A DNA stretch of 64,000 nucleotides, taken from Gemmatimonadota bacterium. Its GTDB lineage: Bacteria; Gemmatimonadota; Gemmatimonadetes; Longimicrobiales; Longimicrobiaceae. The notes under the pieces were generated by a model. It made no database searches and had not been told where the DNA came from. It saw only the letters and a program-made list of their open reading frames with translations. This document shows positions 18,167-26,362 of the stretch, in pieces. The position numbers and the translations under genes were made by a program. Numbering within the stretch: position 1 is the stretch's first letter; every line of letters starts with the position of its first letter. The stretch lies in the NCBI GenBank assembly GCA_007118565.1, contig SKRI01000097.1, forward strand, positions 10,412-74,411, read 5' to 3'.

Positions 18167-18655
18167 TCATCCCCAATCGTACGTCAGCTGTGCCTTCTTC
18201 ACCGCCGAGAGCGGAAAGCTCACCTCGGAGCCATCGGCGAGCCGGAGCGAAACCTCCTCCTCACCCCCTTCGCCGGCGATGCCGAGAATCGTTCCTTCGG
18301 CCCGACTGCTCCCGTCCGGGAGGAGAGGTCGGTTACCGGTCACCGCCGCCTCCTGGCCGGCGAACCGACTCCAGTCACGCGGCCGCACCAGCGGTCGCTC
18401 CACCCCGGGCGAGGACACCTCCAGAACGTACCGGTCCGACAATCCAGGATGGTTGTCGAGCGACGCTTCGAGCGCGCGGCTCACCTCGGCGCACTCGTCC
18501 AGCGTAACCCCGCTCTCCGGCCCACCGTCCGGACGATCGATTCTGAGCCGGATGATGGGACGCGCGCGATTCCCCGCGCGCTCCACCTCCACGGCCTCGA
18601 AGCCGAGCGCCTCGACCTTCGACTCGATCTCCCGACTCAGGCTGTCGTCGGTCAT
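18167..18655 (-). CDS. rimP: ribosome maturation factor RimP
   Basis: MTDDSLSREIESKVEALGFEAVEVE...LEVSSPGVERPL, directly upstream of nusA. The start was trimmed to the ATG at 18655. Confidence 0.9.
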   Translation of the reverse strand: MTDDSLSREIESKVEALGFEAVEVERAGNRARPIIRLRIDRPDGGPESGVTLDECAEVSRALEASLDNHPGLSDRYVLEVSSPGVERPLVRPRDWSRFAGQEAAVTGNRPLLPDGSSRAEGTILGIAGEGGEEEVSLRLADGSEVSFPLSAVKKAQLTYDWG

Positions 18656-18675
18656 GTCTCGATAATGCCGGAAAC

Positions 18676-18702
18676 AAAAAAGTGGGGCCACCGGCTCCCC
18701 AC
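18676..18702 (-). terminator. intrinsic-terminator-like hairpin 2 in the rimP leader (GUGGGG-N9-CCCCAC + U6)
   Basis: Read on the minus strand. The U-run ends ~20 nt before the rimP ATG. Confidence 0.6.
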
Positions 18703-18710
18703 TGCACGAC

Positions 18711-18744
18711 CCAAAACAAACGGGCGCCCGGTGGTGGGACGCCC
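18711..18744 (-). terminator. intrinsic-terminator-like hairpin 1 in the rimP leader (GGGCGUCC-N7-GGGCGCCC + GUUUGUUUU)
   Basis: 8-bp stem (including one G-U pair) followed by a U-rich tract on the minus strand. Confidence 0.55.
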
Positions 18745-18760
18745 GATAAGCATCGCTATC

Positions 18761-18789
18761 AGTATACAACCGATCTCCGGTGCCTGCAA
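18761..18789 (-). promoter_or_regulatory. candidate promoter of the rimP-nusA-infB operon (TTGCAG-N17-TATACT)
   Basis: Near-consensus -35/-10 with 17-nt spacer, read on the minus strand 27 nt after the pgeF stop. Confidence 0.5.
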
Positions 18790-18815
18790 GCCGCCAAGCC
18801 GTGCCCGAGAGGGTG

Positions 18816-19607
18816 TCAGGCTGCCTCGCGGATCATTACCAGCCCCACCTGTCGGCCGGTCGAGCCGGCGCGGTGGGAAAAGAAGTCCGGGGGGCCGCAA
18901 CGGGTGCAGCAGCTGGAGGCCGTCACCTGCTCCGCCGGGACGCCGGCCGCGACGGCCCGCCGCTGGATGGCGGCGCGCAGATCGACCGGGGCGGGACCCG
19001 CCGGAATCGGCTCCTCCGGGCTCACCGCACGGTGGACGTCCGGGCTGACCTCGTAGCACTCCCCGCAGATGGCCGGCCCCGCGTGAAGGTGCAGCGCCGC
19101 CGGATCGGAACCCATCCGCATTACCATCGTCTCCACGACCCGCTCGGTCATCCCTGCCGCGGTTCCCCGCCATCCGGAATGGGCCACGGCCACGGCGCGG
19201 TGCACCGGATCGACGATGAAGACCGGGACGCAGTCCGCGGCAGCGACGGTAACCACCAGCCCCGGGACGCGGGTGACGTGCGCGTCAACGCGCTCCCCCA
19301 CGAAAAGCCCACGGGGGTACGGACGCTCGTGGACGAGGAGATCGATGCCGTGGGCCTGGCGCGCATGCACCGCGGTCTGTCCTCCGCTGAAGACGAGCAG
19401 CTCCCGCCACCGGTCGTGGACGACGCGCACGTTCTGCCCGCGGAAGAGGCCGAGGTCGAACGGCTCTTCCTCGTCACCGCGTCCCGTCGTCCCCTGCAGT
19501 AGCCAGGGGAAGCGCTGCAGCCACTCCGGGTGGGTCCAGAGCGGGACGTCCCCCGCCGCCCTCGCCTCCCTGATCTGCTGGACCTCAGTCACTGCGGGTG
19601 ATGTCAC
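18816..19607 (-). CDS. pgeF: YfiH/PgeF family (DUF152) purine nucleoside phosphorylase / peptidoglycan editing factor
   Basis: Motifs ADCVPV, HSGWRGT and CGECYEV. The GTG at 19607 overlaps the upstream gene's stop. The 435-aa ORF-track version is an Arg-rich spurious extension. Confidence 0.85.
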   Translation of the reverse strand: MTSPAVTEVQQIREARAAGDVPLWTHPEWLQRFPWLLQGTTGRGDEEEPFDLGLFRGQNVRVVHDRWRELLVFSGGQTAVHARQAHGIDLLVHERPYPRGLFVGERVDAHVTRVPGLVVTVAAADCVPVFIVDPVHRAVAVAHSGWRGTAAGMTERVVETMVMRMGSDPAALHLHAGPAICGECYEVSPDVHRAVSPEEPIPAGPAPVDLRAAIQRRAVAAGVPAEQVTASSCCTRCGPPDFFSHRAGSTGRQVGLVMIREAA

Positions 19608-19960
19608 TCGGCGTCGATGATGATTCCCCCGGCGTCGCCCTCCCCGCTCTTCGTGCCGCCGCCTCCCTCCATGCGCTCCACCCGCTCCCGGAGGGCGAGA
19701 ACCTCTGCGCGGAGTTGCTCGAACTCCTTGCGAGGAACGAGGTCGAATCCGCCGCGCGCTTCCTCGAAGCGCTCCTGGGCCCGCCGCACGGCGTCCTGCA
19801 CCGCGTTCCGGGCTCGGTCGGCGCCGAGGTCGCCGCGGTCCACCGCCTCGGTGATGGTCTCCTCGATGGCGTCCTTCAGTGCGTGAAGGATCCCGATCCC
19901 GGTCCGCACCCCCTCCTCCAGCCCCGGCCGCTCTTCGCCTCTCTGTCGCTGCTCTTCCAT
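19604..19960 (-). CDS. small coiled-coil protein (phasin/COG3937-like or UbiK-like); function unknown
   Basis: 118 aa, charged and helical, with DLVPRKEFEQLRAEVLALRERVERME. It is translationally coupled to pgeF. Confidence 0.55.
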   Translation of the reverse strand: MEEQRQRGEERPGLEEGVRTGIGILHALKDAIEETITEAVDRGDLGADRARNAVQDAVRRAQERFEEARGGFDLVPRKEFEQLRAEVLALRERVERMEGGGGTKSGEGDAGGIIIDAE

Positions 19961-19998
19961 GTCGCCCTCCTCTGTAGGTGATGTCGCGTGGACCCGGC

Positions 19999-21294
19999 TC
20001 AGTCCGGATCGCGCGAATCCGTCTTCTCGATGCTCGCACCGAGCGCACGGAGGCGCTCGTCGATGCGCTCGTACCCGCGCTCGATCTGACCGACGTTGTA
20101 GATCTCGCTGCGGCCATCCGCACCGAGCGCCGCGATCAGCAGCCCCATTCCGGCGCGGATGTCCGGGCTCTCCACCACCCCGCCCCGCAGCTTGGCCGGC
20201 CCCACCACCACCACCCGGTGCGGGTCGCAGATGATCATCCGGGCGCCCATCGAAACGAGCTTGTCGGTGAAGAACATCCGCGATTCGAACATCTTCTCGT
20301 GGATCAGGATCGTTCCCTCACACTGGGTGGCGGCGACAAGGGCGATGGAGGTCAGATCCGCGGGGAAGGCCGGCCAGGGCCCGTCATCGATCTTGGGGAT
20401 GTAGCCGCCCATGTCCATCTGGATGCGGCGCTCCTGGTCCTTGGCCACGAAGAGATCGCCGCCGCGAACCTCGGGAACGATCCCGAGGCGTCCGAAGCCG
20501 ATCAGGGTGGAGTTGAGGAACTGCGGATCGGCGTCCTTGATGGTCATCTCGCTGTTGGTGACCGCCGCCAGCCCGATGAACGATCCGACCTCGATATGAT
20601 CCGCGCTCACCCGGAAGCGTCCGCCATTCAGCTTCTTGGTGCCTTGGATCTCGAGCGTGTTCGTGCCGATGCCGTCGATGGTGCACCCCATTCCCACGAG
20701 CATGCGGCAGAGATCCTGGACGTGCGGCTCCGCCGCGGCGTTCCGGAGCCGCGTGGTCCCCTCTGCCAACGATGCCGCCATGACCGCGTTCTCGGTGGCG
20801 GTGACGCTCGGCTCGTCCAGGAAGACGTCCGCGCCGGTCAGCTTCTTGGCCTCCAGCACGAACACCTTGTCCTCCACGTCCACCTTTACTCCAAGACGCT
20901 CGAGTGCCAAAAAGTGGGTGTCCATGCGACGCCGGCCGATCACATCGCCGCCAGGGGGCGGCAGGCGCATCTTTCCGGTCCGGGCCACCATGGGGCCCGC
21001 CAGCACGATGGATGCGCGGATCCGGGCTGCGGCCCCCGCATCCAGCTCCGAGCGCTCGATCTTCTCAGCGCGGATGGAGACGGTATTGTCACCGATCCAT
21101 TCGGTCTGTGCACCCAGCAGCTCGAGCAGGTCCAGGAGGGTATGGACGTCACGAATGGAGGGGACGTTCTCCAGGATGACCTCGTCCTCGGTGAGGAGGG
21201 CCGCCGCGATCATCGGCAGCGCGGCATTCTTGTTCCCGGAGGGTCGGACCGTCCCGTGCAGAGGACGACCTCCCTCGACGATGTATTTCGGCAC
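19999..21294 (-). CDS. murA: UDP-N-acetylglucosamine 1-carboxyvinyltransferase
   Basis: PKYIVEGGRPLHGTVRPSGNKNAALPMIAAALL and an overall MurA fold. A GTG start at 21294 gives a typical ~431 aa. The ORF-track start is 21381. Confidence 0.95.
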   Translation of the reverse strand: MPKYIVEGGRPLHGTVRPSGNKNAALPMIAAALLTEDEVILENVPSIRDVHTLLDLLELLGAQTEWIGDNTVSIRAEKIERSELDAGAAARIRASIVLAGPMVARTGKMRLPPPGGDVIGRRRMDTHFLALERLGVKVDVEDKVFVLEAKKLTGADVFLDEPSVTATENAVMAASLAEGTTRLRNAAAEPHVQDLCRMLVGMGCTIDGIGTNTLEIQGTKKLNGGRFRVSADHIEVGSFIGLAAVTNSEMTIKDADPQFLNSTLIGFGRLGIVPEVRGGDLFVAKDQERRIQMDMGGYIPKIDDGPWPAFPADLTSIALVAATQCEGTILIHEKMFESRMFFTDKLVSMGARMIICDPHRVVVVGPAKLRGGVVESPDIRAGMGLLIAALGADGRSEIYNVGQIERGYERIDERLRALGASIEKTDSRDPD

Positions 21295-21422
21295 GCTCGA
21301 TTTCGTTGTACGGGAGATGAGGCACGGCCGCACCCCGGGGAGCGGCCGGAAAGCGAGTCGGCGGGCGCAAGGATCATGCACGGCATCGACCGACCTCGCC
21401 GCGCCGGGTAAGGGTCGCGTTC

Positions 21423-21451
21423 TTGACCGGCTTCCTGGCCCTCCATAGCTT
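21423..21451 (+). promoter_or_regulatory. candidate promoter (TTGACC-N17-TAGCTT) for the PII-like gene
   Basis: Read on the plus strand. The -10 ends 14 nt before the ATG at 21466, so the 5' UTR would be very short unless the GTG at 21505 is the true start. Confidence 0.4.
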
Positions 21452-21465
21452 TTGCAGCGTCGGCC

Positions 21466-21852
21466 ATGCGCCTCCCGTTCACCCTCTTCCTCCGCGGCGA
21501 TCCCGTGCAGCTACTCATCGCCGTCATCAACGAGGAGGAGAAGCTGGACGAGATCCTCTCCGGATTCATGGAGCTGGGCGTGACCGGGGCAACCATCCTG
21601 GACAGCGAGGGCATGGGCCGCGTCCTCTCCCACGACATCCCCATCTTCGCCGGCCTCCAGTCCCTGGCGTCGCGCACGCGCCCGAAGAACCAGACCATCT
21701 TCAGCGTCGTGGACGACGAGAAGGCGGATGCCGTCATCTCCCTCCTCCAGGAGATCTGCGGGGATCTGGAGAGTCCGGCCACGGGGATCGCCATCACCGT
21801 TCCCGTGTCCCGCGTCACCGGGCTCGCTCCCGAGCTGGACGAGGACGGCTGA
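21466..21852 (+). CDS. P-II-like (GlnB-fold) small signalling protein
   Basis: VQLLIAVINEEEKLDEILSGFMELGVTGATILDSEGMG...IFSVVDDEKADAVISLLQEI shows a beta-alpha-beta repeat pattern typical of PII-like proteins. The start may instead be the GTG at 21505. Confidence 0.55.
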   Translation: MRLPFTLFLRGDPVQLLIAVINEEEKLDEILSGFMELGVTGATILDSEGMGRVLSHDIPIFAGLQSLASRTRPKNQTIFSVVDDEKADAVISLLQEICGDLESPATGIAITVPVSRVTGLAPELDEDG

Positions 21853-21925
21853 CCTCTCTCCGCCCCCGCCGGCCGGCGGGGCCCTGCATGGAATCAGACT
21901 TGCACAGCCCGCACCCCGTTACGGG

Positions 21926-22591
21926 ATGCGGCTATCCCCGTCGATCCGCGCACTCGGATCCATTGGGCGCTGCCGCCACCTCCCCTCACGAGAGAACCAC
22001 GGAGCTGGCCGCTTGCTTTCATCCTTCTGGTTGATCGTCACGACGACTTTCCTGCCCGCCCTCGTCCAGGCCCCAGCCGACACGGTGGTCGCCGTTCAGG
22101 CGTACCCGGGTGGAGCCGCCGGAGCCTTCGCCATAATTCGGGACATCGCCACGATCATCATTGCCCTGGCCCTTCTGGCCACGGTGGTGGCGCTGACGGC
22201 CATCGCCCTCATCGCGAAGAAGCTGGTGGGCAAGGTCGGAGGTCTGCTGGACAAGGTGCAGGACGGTGTCGATCCGGTGCTCAAGCACGCGCGTGACGTG
22301 GGTGACAACGTGAACTACATGACCACCGCCATCCGCGTCGACGTCCAGCAGCTGAACAAGACCATCGCCAACGCGAACCAGCGGGTGAACGAGGTGGTCG
22401 TCGTCGCGGAGGAACGGATCAACGAGCTCAACGGGCTCATCAAGGTGGTTCAGGAGGAGGCGGAGGACATCTTCATCGACACCGCCTCCACCGTGCGCGG
22501 CATCCGCGCCGGCGCCGACGCGCTGCGGCGACCCCGACCTCCGGCCACGCCGGATCGGGGACACATCAACCATGAATCAGGGAGACTCTGA
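21926..22591 (+). CDS. membrane-anchored coiled-coil protein (DUF948-like)
   Basis: TM segment IATIIIALALLATVVALTAIALIA followed by a low-complexity helical region (VQDGVDPVLKHARDVGDNVNYMTTAIRVDVQQLNKTIANANQRVNE). The start is uncertain (ATG 21926, TTG 22031 or GTG 22085). Confidence 0.55.
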   Translation: MRLSPSIRALGSIGRCRHLPSRENHGAGRLLSSFWLIVTTTFLPALVQAPADTVVAVQAYPGGAAGAFAIIRDIATIIIALALLATVVALTAIALIAKKLVGKVGGLLDKVQDGVDPVLKHARDVGDNVNYMTTAIRVDVQQLNKTIANANQRVNEVVVVAEERINELNGLIKVVQEEAEDIFIDTASTVRGIRAGADALRRPRPPATPDRGHINHESGRL

Positions 22592-22983
22592 TGCAGCACC
22601 AGGATCAGGTGGATTTCATGACCGCCTTCGCCGTGGGCACCGTCCTCGGCATCGGGGCCACGCTCCTGCTGAAGCCGAAGCGTACGCCCCAGCAGCGGGT
22701 GGCGAAGCAGTGGAAGCCCTATAGCAAGCAGATGAAGTCCAGCTACAAGCAGACGCGGGGTGCCTTTCGCGAGGCTGCCGGAGCAACGGGGGAGATGTCG
22801 CAGGAGCTCGCCTCCGCCGGCAGGGAGATCCTCGGCGAGTTCCAGGGCGAGGTCGCCCAGATCCTCCGCGATGCGCAGGGGGAGCTGGAGACGGTCGTCG
22901 AGGCGCAGATGAAGGAGCTCTCGAAGCGCATGGAGAAGACCACCAAGCGGCTTGGGAAGACGAAGAAGCGCTTCGGGAAGTAG
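22591..22983 (+). CDS. YtxH-like general-stress-type membrane protein
   Basis: FAVGTVLGIGATLLLKPKRT N-terminal YtxH-type segment followed by a charged helical tail. Its start overlaps the upstream stop (TGATG). Confidence 0.55.
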   Translation: MQHQDQVDFMTAFAVGTVLGIGATLLLKPKRTPQQRVAKQWKPYSKQMKSSYKQTRGAFREAAGATGEMSQELASAGREILGEFQGEVAQILRDAQGELETVVEAQMKELSKRMEKTTKRLGKTKKRFGK

Positions 22984-22989
22984 GGACTC

Positions 22990-23026
22990 GACGGCCCGGC
23001 GCTCGTGCGGCGGGCCGTCCGTTTCC
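22990..23026 (+). terminator. hairpin (GACGGCCCG...CGGGCCGTC) + short T-tract after the YtxH-like gene
   Basis: 9-bp inverted repeat starting 7 nt after the stop, followed by CGTTTCCCC. Confidence 0.45.
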
Positions 23027-23138
23027 CCTGCGTCACGGATCCGTTGTCGGCTCAACGAGTAGCTTTCGAAGGCGCCTTTCCCCGGGGTGCCGGATTGGAC
23101 AGCCGGATGAGTGACCCCCGACGCAGCATGCGGCCGAG

Positions 23139-24167
23139 ATGAACGTCCTTCGCACCAGAACCTTCCGTGTCCTCCTCACGGCCGCGGCCATCCTCCTGGT
23201 TCTCCCCGATCCCGCCTGGGCGTGGGGCCCCGCCACCCACATCTGCCTGGGCCTCGGGGTCCTCGACTCGCTCTACCTGCTGCCTCCCGCCCTGCGAACG
23301 CTCCTCTCCGCCTATCCCAGGGATTTTCTCTACGGCTCGGTGGCGGCGGACATCTCCCTGGCCAAGAAATACGTTCCCGAGGGACGCCACTGCCACCACT
23401 GGTCCGTGGGAGAGGAGATCCTCGCCAAAGCGGACACCGACCGGCTCCGCGCCGTCGGCACCGGGTATCTGACCCACCTGGCCGCGGACACCATCGCCCA
23501 CAACATCTACGTTCCCCGGCGCCTCCTGCTGACCTCGTCGAGCCAGGCGCTCGGCCATTCGTACTGGGAGCACCGGATGGACGTACAGCTCGGGGAGCGC
23601 TACACCAGCATCGCCCGCGAGGTAGTCATGAACCACGACCACAGCGAGGCCGATGCCCACTTCGACGAGGTCCTCTCGGCCACCCTCTTCTCCTTCCAGA
23701 CCAATCGCCGGATCTTCCGCGGGATGATCCGCTTTCAGGACAACGATCGGTGGCACTCGGTCTTCTCCGCCGTGCTCGAGAACTCGCGGTGGAAGCTCCC
23801 GCAACCGACCATCGACGACTACCTGTCGCGCTCCTTCGACTATGTGATCGACTACCTCCGCCGGGAGGGGGAGAGCCTCGCCTTCGCGCTCGACCCGATC
23901 GGGGAGCAGAACCTCCGCATGGCCAAGAAGATCCGCCGCCAGGCACTCAAACGCAGCGGCTCGCCGAACATCGAATACCTTCGTGACGCGGCGGACGAGC
24001 GCTTCCCGCTCCCGGAGGAGCCATTCGGGTTCTGGTCGCAGCGGGGAAAGACGGTCCCAGAGGGACCCGAGGAGGTGGAGACGGCCGAGGAGAGGGAAAA
24101 TTCCGGCAGGGATCCGGACGATCTCAGAGGAACGTCCCGCACGCCTCCGGGGAACGAAGCGGCCTGA
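23139..24167 (+). CDS. zinc-dependent phospholipase C family protein (secreted)
   Basis: Signal peptide ending AWA, then WGPATHICLG (mature N-terminal Trp and His), SVAADISL, HCHHW and THLAADTIAHN metal-ligand-like motifs. Confidence 0.6.
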   Translation: MNVLRTRTFRVLLTAAAILLVLPDPAWAWGPATHICLGLGVLDSLYLLPPALRTLLSAYPRDFLYGSVAADISLAKKYVPEGRHCHHWSVGEEILAKADTDRLRAVGTGYLTHLAADTIAHNIYVPRRLLLTSSSQALGHSYWEHRMDVQLGERYTSIAREVVMNHDHSEADAHFDEVLSATLFSFQTNRRIFRGMIRFQDNDRWHSVFSAVLENSRWKLPQPTIDDYLSRSFDYVIDYLRREGESLAFALDPIGEQNLRMAKKIRRQALKRSGSPNIEYLRDAADERFPLPEEPFGFWSQRGKTVPEGPEEVETAEERENSGRDPDDLRGTSRTPPGNEAA

Positions 24168-24867
24168 CATCGTCTGCCAGCGACTTCCCCTCGAACTGTC
24201 CGTCCCGCAGAAAGCGCAGCGTGAGGGTACGAACGTCCTCCCGCATCATCAGGAAGGTGTGCGTGGCGCAGACAAAGGTGTGGTCACGAGCTTCCGGGAG
24301 CCACGATTCCTCCGGAGAGACCTTTCCGTCCCAGGCGCCCGCAATCACCCCGATCCCCACGCCGTCCACCGGCGGGATCGAGCGCGCAGTGCTCTCCGGC
24401 TCGGTGGTAAGGTCCTCGAGCGGCTGAACGATCCACGAAAGATAGGGAAGCCAGCGGTCGGCCGACCCCGATCCGTTGTTTGGCGGGGCGAGCATCACCA
24501 CCCGGCCTGCCTCCTCCCGCGGCTCCCGGGTGAGCGCCCAGCGGATGAGGAGATTCCCCATGCTGTGTCCTACGAAGTGGACCCGGGCGCCCGCCGGGAC
24601 CTCCTCCTCGAGGAAGCGGGCGAAATCGGCTCCGTGCTCCGGCACCGTTCCGGAGAGGCTGGAGTACCCGTAGTTGAGGACGCGGTATCCGGCGCTCTCG
24701 AGGGACCACTCTAGGGGGAGCATCGAGAGCCGGCTCCGCGCAAGGCCGTGCACCAGCACCACCACCTCCTGCTCGGCGGCAGGGCCCGCCACCACCTGGT
24801 CCCCGGACGGCGCGGTCCGGCCGCATCCGGTGAGGAGCATCAGCCCGACCATGACGAGGAGGCTCAT
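24124..24867 (-). CDS. alpha/beta-hydrolase lipoprotein (lipase/esterase-like)
   Basis: Lipobox LLTGC, HGL oxyanion region VVLVHGLARS and nucleophile elbow GHSMGN. The start was trimmed to the ATG at 24867. The 438-aa ORF-track version overlaps gatB out of frame. Confidence 0.75.
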   Translation of the reverse strand: MSLLVMVGLMLLTGCGRTAPSGDQVVAGPAAEQEVVVLVHGLARSRLSMLPLEWSLESAGYRVLNYGYSSLSGTVPEHGADFARFLEEEVPAGARVHFVGHSMGNLLIRWALTREPREEAGRVVMLAPPNNGSGSADRWLPYLSWIVQPLEDLTTEPESTARSIPPVDGVGIGVIAGAWDGKVSPEESWLPEARDHTFVCATHTFLMMREDVRTLTLRFLRDGQFEGKSLADDVRPLRSPEACGTFL

Positions 24868-24899
24868 CACGTGCGACCGCACGGTCGGACCAGAATAGC

Positions 24900-26360
24900 T
24901 CAACTTTCCTCCAGCGCTTCGAGTAGCAGGGGCCGGACACGATCCGGATCCGCCTTTCCGCCGGAGCGGCGCATGACCCGGCCCATGAAGAAGTCGAACA
25001 GCTGATTCTCCCCCTCCCGGTACCGCCTCACCTCCCCGGAATGTTCCGCGAGGACGGCGTCGATCCAGCCTCGCACCGCATCCTCGTCGCGGATCCGCAA
25101 CATTCCATCGTCGCCCAGGATCTGGGCGGCGGGTTTGCCCGTCTCCACCATCCGCCCGAAGACGTCTCGGGAGGCGGCCCGGGAAAGGCGGCCGCTCGCG
25201 ACCAGGTCGAGCATCCCGGCCAGATCGGCGGGGCGGACGGGGAACGACTCCAGCCCGCACCCCTCGGACTTGAGCGCCGCGAGCACCTCTCCCAGCACCC
25301 AGTTGGCGGCGTCCCCGGGCTCTGCGCTCGCGGCGACGACCGCCTCGTAGTAGTCGGCAAGCTCGCGACTGGCGGTGAGCACGTGCGCATGCTCCGCGCT
25401 GACACCGAGGTCCGACACCAGCCGCGCACATCGCGCCCACGGCATCTCCGGCAGCGTTCCGCGGATCCCCTCGATCCGCTCCGACGCAACGACGAGCGGT
25501 GGAATATCCGGCTCGGGAAGGTAACGGTAGTCGGGAGCCGCCTCCTTGCTTCGCATTCCCCGGGTCTCGGCGGCGGCATCGTCCCAGAGCATGGTCTCGG
25601 AAGTGACCTCACCGCCCGAGCTCCGGATGCCAGCGTGACGATCGATCTCGAAGCGGAGGGCCCGCTCCACGTTCCGGAAGGAGTTCAGGTTCTTCAGCTC
25701 GGTCCTCCCGGCGGGAGCCACGCCCTCGCGATCCTGGAGGGAGATGTTGGCATCCACCCGGAGGCTCCCCTCCTCCATGTTGCAGTCGCTCACTCGCATG
25801 TACTCGAGTGCCCGCTTCAGCCGGTCCAGGAAGGCCCGCGCCTGCCGCGGCGAGCGCAGCTCGGGCTCGGTCACGATCTCGAGGAGGGGGATGCCGGCAC
25901 GGTTGAGATCGATGCCGGTCCTCCCGGGAAGTCGCTCGTGCAGCAACTTCCCCGAATCCTCTTCGAGATGGACGCGGCGGATGCCCACGCGGGAGATTGC
26001 GTATCCGTCCGGGTCCGGCACGTCCAGATACCCTTTCGAGGCGAGCGGCGGGTCGTACTGGGTGATCTGGTAGCCCTTCGGCGTGTCAGGATAGAAATAG
26101 TGCTTCCGGGCGAATACCGACCGCTCGTGGACCTCGCAGTGGAGGCCGAGGGCAGCCCGGATCCCCAGCTCCACCGCCTTCGCGTTCGGCACGGGAAGGG
26201 CGCCCGGCAGACCGAGGCAGACCGGACAGACGGCGGAGTTGGGGGGGCGACCGTACTCCGCCGGGTCGGCGCAGAACATCTTGCTCATCGTGGCGAGCTG
26301 GACGTGGATCTCCAGGCCGATTACCGCTTCTGGTCCGTTATCTCCGGTCTCCGTGGACAT
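24900..26360 (-). CDS. gatB: Asp-tRNA(Asn)/Glu-tRNA(Gln) amidotransferase subunit B
   Basis: IGLEIHVQL, CPVCLGLPGALP and a C-terminal YqeY-like domain across 486 aa. Confidence 0.97.
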   Translation of the reverse strand: MSTETGDNGPEAVIGLEIHVQLATMSKMFCADPAEYGRPPNSAVCPVCLGLPGALPVPNAKAVELGIRAALGLHCEVHERSVFARKHYFYPDTPKGYQITQYDPPLASKGYLDVPDPDGYAISRVGIRRVHLEEDSGKLLHERLPGRTGIDLNRAGIPLLEIVTEPELRSPRQARAFLDRLKRALEYMRVSDCNMEEGSLRVDANISLQDREGVAPAGRTELKNLNSFRNVERALRFEIDRHAGIRSSGGEVTSETMLWDDAAAETRGMRSKEAAPDYRYLPEPDIPPLVVASERIEGIRGTLPEMPWARCARLVSDLGVSAEHAHVLTASRELADYYEAVVAASAEPGDAANWVLGEVLAALKSEGCGLESFPVRPADLAGMLDLVASGRLSRAASRDVFGRMVETGKPAAQILGDDGMLRIRDEDAVRGWIDAVLAEHSGEVRRYREGENQLFDFFMGRVMRRSGGKADPDRVRPLLLEALEES

Positions 26361-26362
26361 CG

